Positions 1-11,464 of a stretch of 64,000 bases of DNA are shown one piece after another. Under the pieces are notes generated by a model, which was given only the letters and a program-made list of their open reading frames with translations, did no database searches and had not been told where the DNA came from. The DNA comes from Basidiobolus meristosporus CBS 931.73 (taxonomy: Eukaryota > Fungi > Basidiobolomycota). How positions within the stretch are numbered: position 1 is the first letter of the stretch; each line of letters opens with the position of its first letter. The stretch is from assembly GCA_002104905.1 (NCBI GenBank), contig MCFE01000416.1:1-64000 (forward strand), given 5' to 3'. Position numbers and translations under genes: made by a program.

Positions 1-746
1 GCTCTGAACATTGTGTCAGGATATTCTTCAGCTGTGGGTTCATAGAGCTCAAGTTTTACTTTCCGACTTTGTGAATGAAGGTAGACAGCTACTGCTTCCT
101 CCATGGAAAGGAACTGAGGGCCAACCATATCTGGTAAGAGGCCCTCGGCCTTATCATTCAAGACAAGGTCCACCATCCTTGGCAGCAACCTCTTCAATGG
201 CCAGAGGGCGTATATCCACGCCTCTAGGAACTGAGACGGTGTTGATAGAAGGATCCTTTAAACCTAAGAGCTCATCCGCGATGAATTTAATAAAAGGATG
301 CCATTGGGCCGTGCGAAGAATGGTGTAGGGCAGACCGGAAGCAATCAAGATATTCTCTACGTCCAACTTTGCCTTGAAATAAAAGTATTCTGGATTCTTG
401 TCAACATCCACAATGGAAATGTAGATGATCCGAGGTAGGTTTTCGACCGACGAATGTTGCTTCTTGAGAGCATCTACAAGGGCAAGTGTACCGTCGATAT
501 CAATCTCCTTCAAACGAGCTCGACTGGAGGCGCAATGAACCACAGCTCCTACGCCCTTTACAGCCTCCAATAAATTGGGATCATTGGCAACAAGGCTGCC
601 TTGGATAGATTTCACCCCTCTGAAGCGGGAGGTAGACTACTGTGGCCTCAAAGGACAAGCGGGACCTTTTGGGTCAGCAAGCTGGCGGTGATGAGTTTAC
701 CTAGGTTCCCGTTGGCACCAAGGATGAGAACTGGATCAGATGGCAT
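1..746 (-). pseudogene. NAD(P)-binding atypical SDR/NmrA-like oxidoreductase, disrupted; 3' end runs off the window
   Basis: ATG at 746 gives MPSDPVLILGANGNLGKLI (Rossmann motif), then an in-frame TGA at 648-650 and a frameshift near 615. The core reads VVHCASS...YISIVDVD...YFKAKLDVE...SGLPYTILRTAQWH. A second frameshift near 180 leads into MVDLVLNDKAEGLLPDMVGPQ. No convincing introns. Confidence 0.75.
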
Positions 747-1496
747 GGTTGCAAATATGGATTGAATTCAATGGTTGCTTATTTTCAGACTTTTTGACTA
801 TATATCTGGCTTTATCGTAAGCCATTGCCATGGAAACTTTCCCCGTATGTATGACAAATCATATGATTAATACTATTCATCGACGGACAAATAAGCAGCT
901 TTGGTCAGGAGGATTATACCATGTCATTGCTGGGTTGATGCGAACCAGAACAACAAAGACCAGCAATTGTGAAGCATCCGGCATATCCCATCAGCATCAA
1001 TTCTAATTCAAGGTACAAGGCATATCCCGTCAGCATCAAGTCCAACCCAAGGAGCAATTTGGCATGTGAAACCTCTGTTACCTATCAGCGTTTTACTAAA
1101 AAGCGCGAGAATAGACGAATATAAGGATATAAAGGTGTGGGAATCGATTGAAAACACACTGGAATGTACAACCACCATTGTCGTTGAAAAGCTACCCTTC
1201 ACCAGTTGTGTGGATAAAGTAGAAATAAGTATATATATATCCAGAGACCCATTTTCATTCAGCGAATAATTCCATTTCAGTCCCAGAAGACGATTAATTG
1301 ACTCTAGTCATGTTACACAAAGTGCCAATGTGAGATTCTGTTGAAAACTTAAATCACACAAGCTCATGTGAACATTCGAATAGATAAGATACGTTTCAGA
1401 GTTTGGAAATCCGAAATCGAAGGACGTGGGAATCCACCGAATAAATAGTGCCTCTGTTCAAAGTAGGATTTGCTTACTTTCGGTTCTCCACTCGCC

Positions 1497-2270
1497 ATGT
1501 CCGTAAACGAAGTAGAAAAACCTTTGCTCGAGAAAACAGAGCCTTCTCCACCACCATATACAGAAACAGAAGAACCTGCCTCCAAAGAAAAGCCCAGCAC
1601 CGACACTGACCAGCCTGAACCAGCAGAAACTGAAGAGGCGGAGGAGAAAAAAGTGGCGCCAGCTACGATTAACAAAGAAGAGTCTATTTTGTTCCAGATT
1701 GTATTGGAAGACAGCCAAGGAAAGAAAGTTCCGGTATATGAGTTGGCAGACAAAATTGTAGGCTTCTACTTCACCGCACAATGGGTTGGCGAGCCAGTGG
1801 AGATATTCGATCCAGTAAGGGCTTTGTCCGATACTTTTCATGCTCAGGACTTCTTTAACAACCAGTCTTTTCTTCAATAGCAACTTGTCAAGTTCGCGGA
1901 GGAGCACAAAGACGAATTTACCGTGGTGGTAATCTCAGTGGACAAAGACAAGGAGACTTTCAAAGCCTACATGAAGGACAAGCCATTCTTGGCCGTTCCT
2001 TACGATGAGCCCATTCGGGAGAGAATTCTCGAAGAGTGGGCCATCAAACTAATCCCCACATTAACGGTCTACCACCCGCTTCGCCATGAGATAGTGACCA
2101 CCTGGGGACGCGGAGCCATTATGAAAAATGGTAAGAAATGTCTAGATGCATGGAAGGCAGGCGACTCTGGGTTATCATGGTCCCAGCTCGCAGGATTTGG
2201 GGATTGGCCAGTCATACAATATACATGTTGGGCATTGGTGTTCTTATGGATATACTACAAATTCTTTTAA
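1497..2270 (+). CDS. Nucleoredoxin/tryparedoxin-like thioredoxin-fold protein lacking CxxC, with C-terminal hydrophobic tail
   Basis: Two exons; the 1815-1880 intron (GTAAGG..AATAG) joins them in frame. Motifs KIVGFYFTAQW...FDPQLVKF..VVVISVDKD..F...M...FLAVPY...IPTL are typical of Thioredoxin_8/nucleoredoxin folds. Confidence 0.75.
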
Positions 2271-2783
2271 AAATTCATCCCATCCGCTGTAACTAATTCT
2301 CCTCATAGCAATAAATCCAATCCCACATTTTATGCCCTGAACGCATTTACCATTTAATCCTCGGCGGTGTCGAGGTTATTCTTTACAACGCATTTATTCA
2401 CAATTTATTTAAAAGCACCTATGTACATGATGGTTCCGCGTAGGAACATGTCGATGATGCACTAGGCCGTATATAAATTGGAGATTGACTATTGTCAAGT
2501 CATGGGTTGGGTGCGGTTTGCTCTAAGATAGATCTTCGTATCTTCTGATGGGGTGAAGCGCAATAACTCGTGACATATTTCATTTATATTTCAACTTACA
2601 AACTGAACAAATCTACAATGGATGGGGCTGTGGTAAATTCTACCAGGGCTTGGCGAGGAACCCGATATAAGTTTATGATTTTAATTTCATAAATACATTG
2701 ATGTCGAATGGGTGGAGATGTGCTCGAGTTTACTTCCTTTACTTGTTACAATAGATGAGTACAGTGAATGAATCATAAAACAC

Positions 2784-3167
2784 CTATTTTCGAAGCCCAA
2801 GCGGCTCCAATCTCCAAACACTGTTGGTGGCGAACTCCTTAGGAGCAATCGGCTCATGCTGTAGTGGGGATTCCGTCTGGTCAGTTGGGTATTTAGAAAG
2901 GGCAGTAGTGTCAAAGCAAATACCGTTTGGCCACGATAAGACCCTGTAAGTCGGAAGTCGCGTTCCATCATGCGGTGTGTCCATGGATCAGGCTGAGTTC
3001 TAATAGGCTGTTTCCAGGGTTAGGAGCAGCTCTCAGCTCTAATCAAGTCAAAACTCTACCTTTCCATCGTTGGAACTCTCCTTCAACATGCGTAAAAGGA
3101 CACCAGTGACACCGAAACAACCGGAGATGATGCCTAGGGGAATGAGGGCTTCATATGGAACAGGCAT
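2784..3167 (-). CDS. NDUFA1: NADH:ubiquinone oxidoreductase subunit NDUFA1 (MWFE)
   Basis: Three exons: MPVPYEALIPLGIISGCFGVTG...DGK | PIRTQPDPWTHRMMERDFRLTGSYRGQT | ..EPIAPKEFATNSVW. The acceptor of the last intron is ambiguous. Confidence 0.8.
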
Positions 3168-3380
3168 CGTTAAATTGTGCTTTGCAAGAACAAGGTTCTG
3201 TGTGGGAGGCCACAGTAACAAAATACGAGGTTTGATAGTATTCAATCCAATTCACACATTGGGGTTCACATATTGCTGGGATCATGCTAGCAACTTATCC
3301 CCCAAAAAAAACCAGCCTGGAAATGGGGAGGATTAGCGAAATTACGGAGAGGCCCACGAAAAAATGGGATTTTATTGAAC

Positions 3381-3806
3381 TTAGAAGATTGATTTGATGG
3401 TGATCGTGTGACCAACTTTCTCTAGCTCCTCTTTCGCACGATCAACAGTGCTTTGTTTAACCAACAAATAGTCGGTGTCGTAGGTGCTGATTGCGAAGAT
3501 CGATATCTTGGCCTGAGCCAGAGTGGTGCTTAAGTTAGACAGGATACCGATCAGCGAAAAATCCAGAGGTCCTTGAACCTTCATGCACCTCCAGTCATTC
3601 TCATACGCAACCATCCCGTCCTTTTCGAGTAGCTCTTGCATCACCTCGCTGCTAGGCTGGAGAGTGACAATGGAAAGCTCCTCTGGGGTGCGCGTGATGG
3701 AGTAGAAGGGAAGGTCATCAATCAGCTTGGGGACCTTCGCGCCAGAGGCGAACTTGAGAACACTGAATTGTTCTGTGTAAAGGAGTAAATCAAGTTGGTG
3801 AGACAT
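3381..3806 (-). CDS. ACT-domain protein (CASTOR/ACT_7-like), intronless, bacterial-type
   Basis: 141-aa ORF with FYSITRTPEELSIV and WRCMKVQGPLDFSLIGILSNLSTTLAQAKISIFAISTYDTDYLLVK. Confidence 0.85.
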   Translation of the reverse strand: MSHQLDLLLYTEQFSVLKFASGAKVPKLIDDLPFYSITRTPEELSIVTLQPSSEVMQELLEKDGMVAYENDWRCMKVQGPLDFSLIGILSNLSTTLAQAKISIFAISTYDTDYLLVKQSTVDRAKEELEKVGHTITIKSIF

Positions 3807-3999
3807 GGTTGGAAATCACCGGCACCGGTCGCTCCAAGATCTTTTATATCCAGTCATGATTGCGGAAACCATCCCGGGTGAGAAGAAACAAAAAATATAC
3901 AGACATTTATTAAATAGGATTGGATATAGAAGCCGGATAAGTATATGCAAAAGGGAGATGCCGTACACTGACACACAGGTGCTTGTTTCTATGAAGGGG

Positions 4000-5625
4000 C
4001 TAGTCGAAAATGATCTTGGTGGGCTTGACGTTGGGGTCAATCTCCTTGAAGAAGGCGCCATAGGACTTGTGTTCCTTCTTCTTCACAGTGGTTCCGAACT
4101 TGAACAGACTGTCAGGAACAGGCTGGTTGGCCGATTTCAGCACGTTGATGAGGGAGCCAGAGTGGGCCTTGTCGTGGGGAGTAAACAAGGTGTGCGCAGT
4201 CCCCTTCTTGCCTGCTCTGCCAGTACGGCCAATACGATGAACGTACTCATCGATGGTGAGAGGGAAAGTGACATTGATGACGTATTCTACGTTAGGGATA
4301 TCCAACCCACGGGCTGCGACATCGGTGGCAATCAAAAGTGGATAGGAGCCATCCTTGAAAGCACTGATTGCCTCGGTACGTTGGCTCTGGTTTTTGTCCC
4401 CGTGGATACCAGCCACCTTCCAACCCTGTCTCATCAAGTAGTTTTCAACTCGTTCCGCTTCCTTCTTGTACAAAACAAACACGAGCACACGGTTCTTGCG
4501 ACTCTTGTGGTATTTCTGCAACAGCTCATGAAGTCTACGCTCCTTTTGGCGAGGATCATCGATCACCTCTACGATTTGGGTTACGTTGTGGCTCACAGCG
4601 AGATCGTCCGAACCGATAGTGACCTTGACTGGTTTTACGAGGAAGTCGTTGGCCAACTTGCGAATGGTTTCGGGCCAAGTAGCACTGAACATCACAGTTT
4701 GGCGATGAGGGTTGGTCTTGGAGATGATGGAGCGGATGGCTTGCTCAAATCCAAAATCAAGCATTCTGTCAGCCTCATCAAGCACCAGGAAGGACACGTT
4801 GCTCAAGTCACAAGCTCCCTCTTCAACCAAATCCAAAAGTCTACCTGGGGTGGCGACAACAAACTGGGCGCCGGATTTAAGGGCTCTCTTCTGCTGATCC
4901 TTGGGCACACCACCGTAAATGCAAACACTGGAAATGTTGCAAGCGGCACCGACCTCCTCCGCAGTTTCTTGACTTTGCATGACAAGCTCACGGGTGGGGG
5001 CGAGAACAAGTACAGTGGGTCTGCAAGCCTGCTTGGTTCCAAAACCAGGCTGTCCCTTGATATGAGTGACAGCTGGAAGAGTGAAAGCAAGGGTTTTTCC
5101 TGAGCCTGTTTCGGCAATACCGATCACATCACGTCCAGAGAGGACAATGGGCCAACAGCTGGACTGGATAGGAGTGGGTGTGGTGAACTTTTTACAGAAG
5201 TTCATGATATCCTCGGAGTATCCGGTTTGGTAGAAGTGTTGAAGAGGTCTGTACTCCTGATCAGTAGTCATGGTGATACCATGCTTCTCGTAGTAAGCTT
5301 GGATGTCGCTCTGTGGCAAAGCTTCAACTTCAGGATGTGGCTGATAGAAGCATTTTCTGATACCGCCCTCCAAAGGAGCCTCAGCAACAACAACAGGCTC
5401 AGCTTCAGGCTCGGCCTTCTTCGATTTCTTGGCCTTCTTCTTATCAGTGGCTTCCTCTCTATCTCTTTTTTTGTCTTTTTTCTCTTTCTTCTCCTTCTTG
5501 TCCTTCTTTTCTTTCTTCACCTTTTCGCCGGATTTCTCGGACTTCTTTTCTTTCTTGGCCTTCTTCAACTCCTTGTCAACAGCGTTGACTTGAGCCTTGC
5601 TGGATTCTTCGGTGATGGCGGGCAT
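4000..5625 (-). CDS. DBP3: DEAD-box rRNA-processing helicase Dbp3
   Basis: Single ORF with a K/E-rich N-terminus, AETGSGKT, PTREL, DEAD, SAT and HRIGRTGRAG, ending in YGAFFKEID..TKIIFD. Start taken at MPAITEE. Confidence 0.9.
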   Translation of the reverse strand: MPAITEESSKAQVNAVDKELKKAKKEKKSEKSGEKVKKEKKDKKEKKEKKDKKRDREEATDKKKAKKSKKAEPEAEPVVVAEAPLEGGIRKCFYQPHPEVEALPQSDIQAYYEKHGITMTTDQEYRPLQHFYQTGYSEDIMNFCKKFTTPTPIQSSCWPIVLSGRDVIGIAETGSGKTLAFTLPAVTHIKGQPGFGTKQACRPTVLVLAPTRELVMQSQETAEEVGAACNISSVCIYGGVPKDQQKRALKSGAQFVVATPGRLLDLVEEGACDLSNVSFLVLDEADRMLDFGFEQAIRSIISKTNPHRQTVMFSATWPETIRKLANDFLVKPVKVTIGSDDLAVSHNVTQIVEVIDDPRQKERRLHELLQKYHKSRKNRVLVFVLYKKEAERVENYLMRQGWKVAGIHGDKNQSQRTEAISAFKDGSYPLLIATDVAARGLDIPNVEYVINVTFPLTIDEYVHRIGRTGRAGKKGTAHTLFTPHDKAHSGSLINVLKSANQPVPDSLFKFGTTVKKKEHKSYGAFFKEIDPNVKPTKIIFD

Positions 5626-5997
5626 GTTGCTGATATACACGTCCGTTAGAAAGAAATGTATGGGACAAGAACAGTGGAGAAAGGGCGCCAGTGTAGAGTC
5701 ACTTCATTATGTATTTCGATTTTTTTTCACAACATCTGAAGAAAAAAATTCCTTTCCTATCGAGATTCCTTATTTGGCCTGGTTCCAAGTCCCATAAAGT
5801 AGTCACAATTCTATAGGCCACCAGCGCGCCCCATGAAGCCCAATGAGATGACGATCCCGGTTAAATTAGATTTATTTAAGTAAGCTAACACTAAGTAAGA
5901 AGGCTATGGTCTAGGAAGTGAACGGATTTCTTCTAAAATACGGTCGTGTCCACGGAAGATAGGAAGGGGTGGCCACAGGCGATGCATTTTGCGCTTT

Positions 5998-7486
5998 TTA
6001 CATGTCCATCATATCAACCTCCCGAATCTCTCCACGGCATGTTGAGTTCGAGATTTCACGTCGGATCTCGGCTGTGATGGAGTGATGTGTCTTGTGGCGG
6101 AGAACGTCGAGTAGAGCATCCTTCTGTTCAGGTGTGAGATCGGACTTGTATCTTTGTGCGAAGACCAAGAAGGATTGATGCCAGAGGACTGGCATCTCAC
6201 GTGGGTCTTGCTTGAATCGGATGAAGTGGAACACCAAAGCATCGATTACCTTGAAGGGTAACGCATACTTCTTGTCAAGGAGAACTCGAATGAACAAACT
6301 GTTCGGGCCGGTGTAGTCCATCTCAGCCAAGCGAAGAAGGGCGGCACTAGAGTGCAACACCGGCACACTGACTTTGGTCAACACACTGCCAAAGATGGCC
6401 GCTTCTTTCAAAGTGCAACTTCCAGACTCGCACAATGGGAAGAGAATTCCCTTGAAGAAAGCCGCTGGCTTGTACAAGGCTTTCTTGAGAGACATGTACA
6501 GATGGTGGTTTAATTTCTTGTTCTCGCGGATATCGTCACGGACGTAATCGAGCAAGATCAGGTTGAAGAACTTCTGTGACTGCTTGGCCTTGAGGTTAGA
6601 GACGAAAATACGGGTAGCCTCGTAAACGGCGTTGGGTGTCCACTCCATAGGCTGTGTGATGTAGAGAATGTCCTCCCAGTTACTTAATGATGGAATGATC
6701 TTGAATGCCTTGGGGAGTTTGCCGGACTTGTAGCGACCCAAAAGCTCACCAACCCTGCGGGCAAAAGTAGTTAGCGCCTGAAGGAATACAGAGTATGGAG
6801 CATCCACACATACTTGGTGTACACCTCGACAATCTTGGGGTTGATGCCAGGGGGGGCAGCAAGCTCCTCCTGTTCCTCAGCCCCTCCGTTGTTCTGGGAT
6901 TCAATCTTGGCCATAATAATATCGGCCAATGTTTGGCGGGCTCTAGGGGCGTTGGGAAGGAATTTGTCCAATAATGCTTGATCAGCTTCATCAACCTCCA
7001 ATTCCTCATACTCGACATCCTCCTCCTCCTCAGAACCCTGAGCCTCGTCGTCACTATCGTTAAGGGCGGCTGAAAGAGTAGCCTTGTCAACAGGTTGGCC
7101 GCTTTGATAAAATCATGTCAGACACAAAAGTGATCTTCACGAATGCGCAACAGGCATAAACTTACTATTCCTCATCCTCGTCCTCATTGTCGTCTGAGTA
7201 TTCGTCCTTCTCAATCTCATTCTGTTGCTCACGAGCAATTTTCAAAATTTTCCGGGAAAGCTTGGGGTCGATGTACTCCTGAAAAGATAGGATGTGTTAA
7301 ACAAAACGCACCGGCGCCCGAGCATATAGACTGGCATACCTCATTCTCCTCTCTTTGCTTTCTATTTTCCCTATCAGCAAACTTCTTTTTTCCAGCCTTA
7401 ACTTTGACGGTTGAATTGGCGTCCTCAGTGAGTTCGACATGAAGAGGATCATGGCGTTGCTTTCTTTGTACTCTTTCCTTTCCCAT
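5998..7486 (-). CDS. ENP1: Bystin / 40S biogenesis factor Enp1
   Basis: Multi-exon. [15 protein letters not shown].. N-terminus; [17 protein letters not shown]; [14 protein letters not shown]; [11 protein letters not shown]; LPVLWHQ-like motif ([17 protein letters not shown]). Confidence 0.92.
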
Positions 7487-7979
7487 GGTATGTTATTTCA
7501 AATGTGATAGGGAATATGCTAATGAGAAGCAACCTAGGTTACAGCAGGTTGGGTGGTTAAAAAAAATTGACCAACCGAAAAAAATGCTGACCTTCGAGCG
7601 AACGAGCCGGATGAGGATGCACGGAAAAAAAAATAAAAAAAATGGACAATTTACACACGCTTGCCCACTTTGGCGTTTAGTTTCCTGCGTAAACTAATCA
7701 GGCCAACTGGTACCCACCACCCCATGGAATCAGGGTATTTTTTCGAACTTGTTAACTGCAGATTAAGATATACGTACCCTCATTCAAGTTGGTGGATATT
7801 TTTTCAGAAACGATATATCGAGCTTTAGAATTCACAAGTGCGTGTTTTTTATTGTGGTTTCTAATTAACGGGTCAGTTCTTATTAGCCTTTCATTGGAAT
7901 TCCTTTCGGGAATATATTCTTCGTACCTTCGAGTTCTCCCCACAGTATTCCGTAATCCCCCTGTCGAAATAGAACTCAC

Positions 7980-9274
7980 ATGACTGACAAGCTCCCACCG
8001 AATCTTCTCAAATTATTTGCCCCCAGACCTCCACTCCAATACTTTCCACCTTTGGATCGCGAGCCTGCGTTGAAGCAAGGCCCCACCATCTCGGGTATTG
8101 GTGCATTCGTTTCTTTTTTAAGCGACCATGATCCGGATTATGTGCCGTCGGAAACGTTAGAGGAGCGGAGAAAAAGAAAGGTTGATTTTCTGTCTTATGT
8201 CTTCGGCATCCCACTCTCCCCGTTCGCCAACCACTTCTCTTGTTATTTAGGCGCAAGAACGCAAACAGAAAGCAGAAGACACTATTCGCGAGGGCCTTGC
8301 CAATTGTAATCAAGCATCCTTCCCTTCCACAAGTTCATTGACTGATTAGTTTTGAAATAGGGAACCCTGCTGAAGATCCAAAGATAGAGAGCGATCCATT
8401 CCGCACGCTATTCATTGGCAGATTGGTAAGTTAGAGTGGCCTCCCTGCTTGAAAGTCAAGGGCACTGTTGTTAACATGGCGCTGAAAGTGAAGCTTTTCG
8501 AAAAACACTACTAATGTTGACCTTTGCAGAGCTACAATACTACCGAAAAGGATTTACGCGATGAGATGGAAATCTACGGACCGATTACGAAGATCGCTAT
8601 CCCAAAAGACAAACTTACCGGAAAGCCACGCGGCTACGCATTTCTAGAATTTGAACGAGAGAAGGACTTGAAAGAGTAATAGCCATCAGTATGATTGCAA
8701 GCTGGGGAGCCTTTCGTTAATGCGATTTATCGGATTTCTAGGTGCCTACAAGTACGCAGATGGGATTAAAATTATGGGCCGCAGAGTTGTGGTGGATGTA
8801 GAAAGAGGTAGAAGCGTCAAAGGCTGGAAGCCCCGCCGTCTAGGTAATGCCCAATCTTGAGGTGTGTGCCGATGAATGGACGACTAATCTGAGGTTTTAG
8901 GTGGAGGACTAGGTGGTACTCGTGTTGGCGGACCAAATCAGAACCAGCGCAACTCTGGCCGTGAGGGCTCCGGAGACAGGGATCGTGAACGTGAACGCGA
9001 GCGCGATGGTCACGGTTATGGCCGTGGTCAAAGCTATGGAAATCGTGGTTACGACCGTGGGCCACGCGAGTACGGAGGCAGAGACGGCCGTGATCGACAA
9101 AGAAATGACTACAGTCGTGATTACGATAGGAGACGCCGGAGAAGCAGATCAAGATCGCCACGCGGCTACAGGGACAGAGACAGAGGTGGCAGAGATCGTG
9201 GCGGTAGGGATAGAGATCGCTATCGGGATCGTGATGGAGGCAGGGATAGATCCAGAGACCGCTACAGACGCTAA
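7980..9274 (+). CDS. SNP1: U1 snRNP 70 kDa protein
   Basis: [19 protein letters not shown]-terminus; [48 protein letters not shown]; RD/RS-rich tail. One intron has a frame anomaly (see findings). Confidence 0.9.
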
Positions 9275-9479
9275 TCACGCCGATTCCCCACCCCACCTTC
9301 CTTCTATTCTCTTCTACAATATTTCATTTCCAGTGAATATCTTTCAATGTGCTAGTTGTCAAATAAACAAATCCGATTTAATAATCAAATCCACTGCAAA
9401 ATAGCCTGGGTCAGGGCCGATATCATCGTGAATCCATTTCTCTATTTTTCTGTTTCTCGCTGCGTAGTTGAAGTTGTAA

Positions 9480-10664
9480 ATGAGCAGTCTACTCGGCTTG
9501 GTAAACTACAGTGACGAGGATAATAGCCACAGCTCTTCAGGAGAGGAAGAGAAGCCAAGTATGGTGGTGATTCGCTGGTTTTGCCTGAATTGTCTTGACG
9601 TTTCTTGTGTCATGTAGCTGGCCTGGGTTTGGTGCAATATGGAGTAGGCGAAGACGAGAATGAGGATATACCGAACGGCTCTCCAAATGAAAAGGTGGGT
9701 CTACGATTTGCTTTATATATGAGACTTTGTGCACGCATTCAAGTGTTGTCTTAAAATTATAGGCTGATCAAAGCAACGTTATAATCCATAGACCACTGGG
9801 TAATCTCAAGCAAGCCTACTCACTTTGTAATCTATCCTAACCAACTTGTAGAAACTGATCCCGCTCACGATCATGAAGGTGGCGAACTCAGCCTAATTGA
9901 GACGCGAACAGACGAAGACCTCGATGGCACCCCGTTGACAGAGGAGTACATTTCACAGGATATACAGAGAGTTCCCATACTACGGGAACCCGAATACAAA
10001 ACCGTCGAGGATCCTGAGTATGAAGAGTACCTTAGATTTCGTGAGTTGTTAAAACCGAAAGCAATTGCCGGCATAGAAAACTTCGGAATTCCTGAAGAAC
10101 CCTCCGGCGAATGTGATCCAGATCTTCAGGTAGTCTCGAGCTGGGTACAATCGTCTGAGGTGGAGGCGCTAACAGCTTCTTTATTGAAGGCGAAGATCGC
10201 CAAATGGACCGAGTTGAAAAACCAGGGAATCAGCTTTAACGACCGGCTATCCAAGAACAAAGCATTCCGTAACCCAAACATATACGATAAATTTGTACAG
10301 TTCATTGAGCTAGACGAAACAGGCAGCAATTTCCCTACAGATATCTACGACCCGAAAGGGTTCCCACCTGAGGCATATTCCAACGAAATTGGTAAGCCAT
10401 TCTCCATTGCCTCGGGCGCAGCTGAGCGCTAATGCCATTGCAGAGAAATTGCAAAAACAACGCGCGGAAGAGCGCAGTCGAAGACAACAGCAACGTGCGG
10501 AAATCGAGTTCGTTAACCCCAACCCACGCGCTAGCACTCAACCCTCATATGACCCTCGATCTGGTAACTATATGCACGCTACTTGACATCTGATTGGTAT
10601 TCTGAGCTTATTCCATCTAGGAGGGCGAAAAAGGAAGTCGAAGTGGGATGAACCTCGACGCTAG
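9480..10664 (+). CDS. SAP30-binding protein / HCNGP-like
   Basis: Multi-exon model closes in frame: MSSLLGLVNYSDED...FNDRLSKNKAFRNPNIYDKFVQFIELDETGSNFPTDIYDP...KRKSKWD. Confidence 0.85.
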
Positions 10665-11464
10665 TGAGGCATTCAGACACATCAATCAGCACAACCTTCA
10701 ATAAAGCAATCAGCAATTGTAATTTATTCGCAGCATTTCGTACCATTTCGCATCCATGGATCATGTGAGTGAATCCAGTTTTAAACGGGAAGTTTAGGGG
10801 GTGGACGACAGCAGGAGGATGGCAAGTGGATGGCAGTAGGAGAACAGCATTAATCACTCCTCATTAGCATCCCTGCTTCCTAAGCATTTTCACTTCAATC
10901 ATCTCACTCGATGTGGTCGCTAACGGGCATTCGCAACAGGCACTAGCCTCTCAGTCGGTTGTTACACCAATTTGTGCGTATGTGTAGGTGTGAATTGGAT
11001 CCTTGTGAGCATGTGTGGGTGTGAATTGGATCCGCCCAATCATCCGCCCAATCATCACTTGCTTCTTTGTATCTCACTCTTACCCCTAGGTAGTCCTAGA
11101 GAGCTGTTACCAATGACAGAGGTATATACCATTTAAAGCAATAATACTATAGTTTGTGCTGCTTCCCCTCGCTGATTGGCTAACCCTTGAATTACTGAGA
11201 GTGCTTTGTAGTCCAAACCCAATTGTGACTGATATTGGTGGCCTCTAAATTGTGGATTCATGCTCCCGTCAGTTTGGCGTTTGTCGTTCCTGCTTATTAA
11301 GTTCCTGTCTTGCTCACCCCCTCATCTATTTCTTCTCCACTCTGTACTATCCCTAGTTTCCTAACGTAGAGGCTGTTGAGTTGTAATCCGGTTGTAGTCT
11401 GTAATCAACGTAAACAATACCATTTAGCTTTAGTCTCGTCGCTACTATACAAGTGTCCAACGTG

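Noticed and set aside
648-650. In-frame TGA read as selenocysteine
   Set aside because: The position is not a catalytic Cys site in SDRs, the gene has additional frameshifts and no SECIS can be shown.
634-662. A 29-nt GT..AG intron that would remove the TGA and the first frameshift of the SDR gene
   Set aside because: It is much shorter than other introns here, has no branch site, removes the expected second beta-strand and does not fix the second frameshift near 180.
3805-5103. 432-aa plus-strand ORF, and similar long antisense ORFs over RLI1 and SMC4
   Set aside because: These are shadow frames opposite highly codon-biased conserved genes and have no recognisable motifs.
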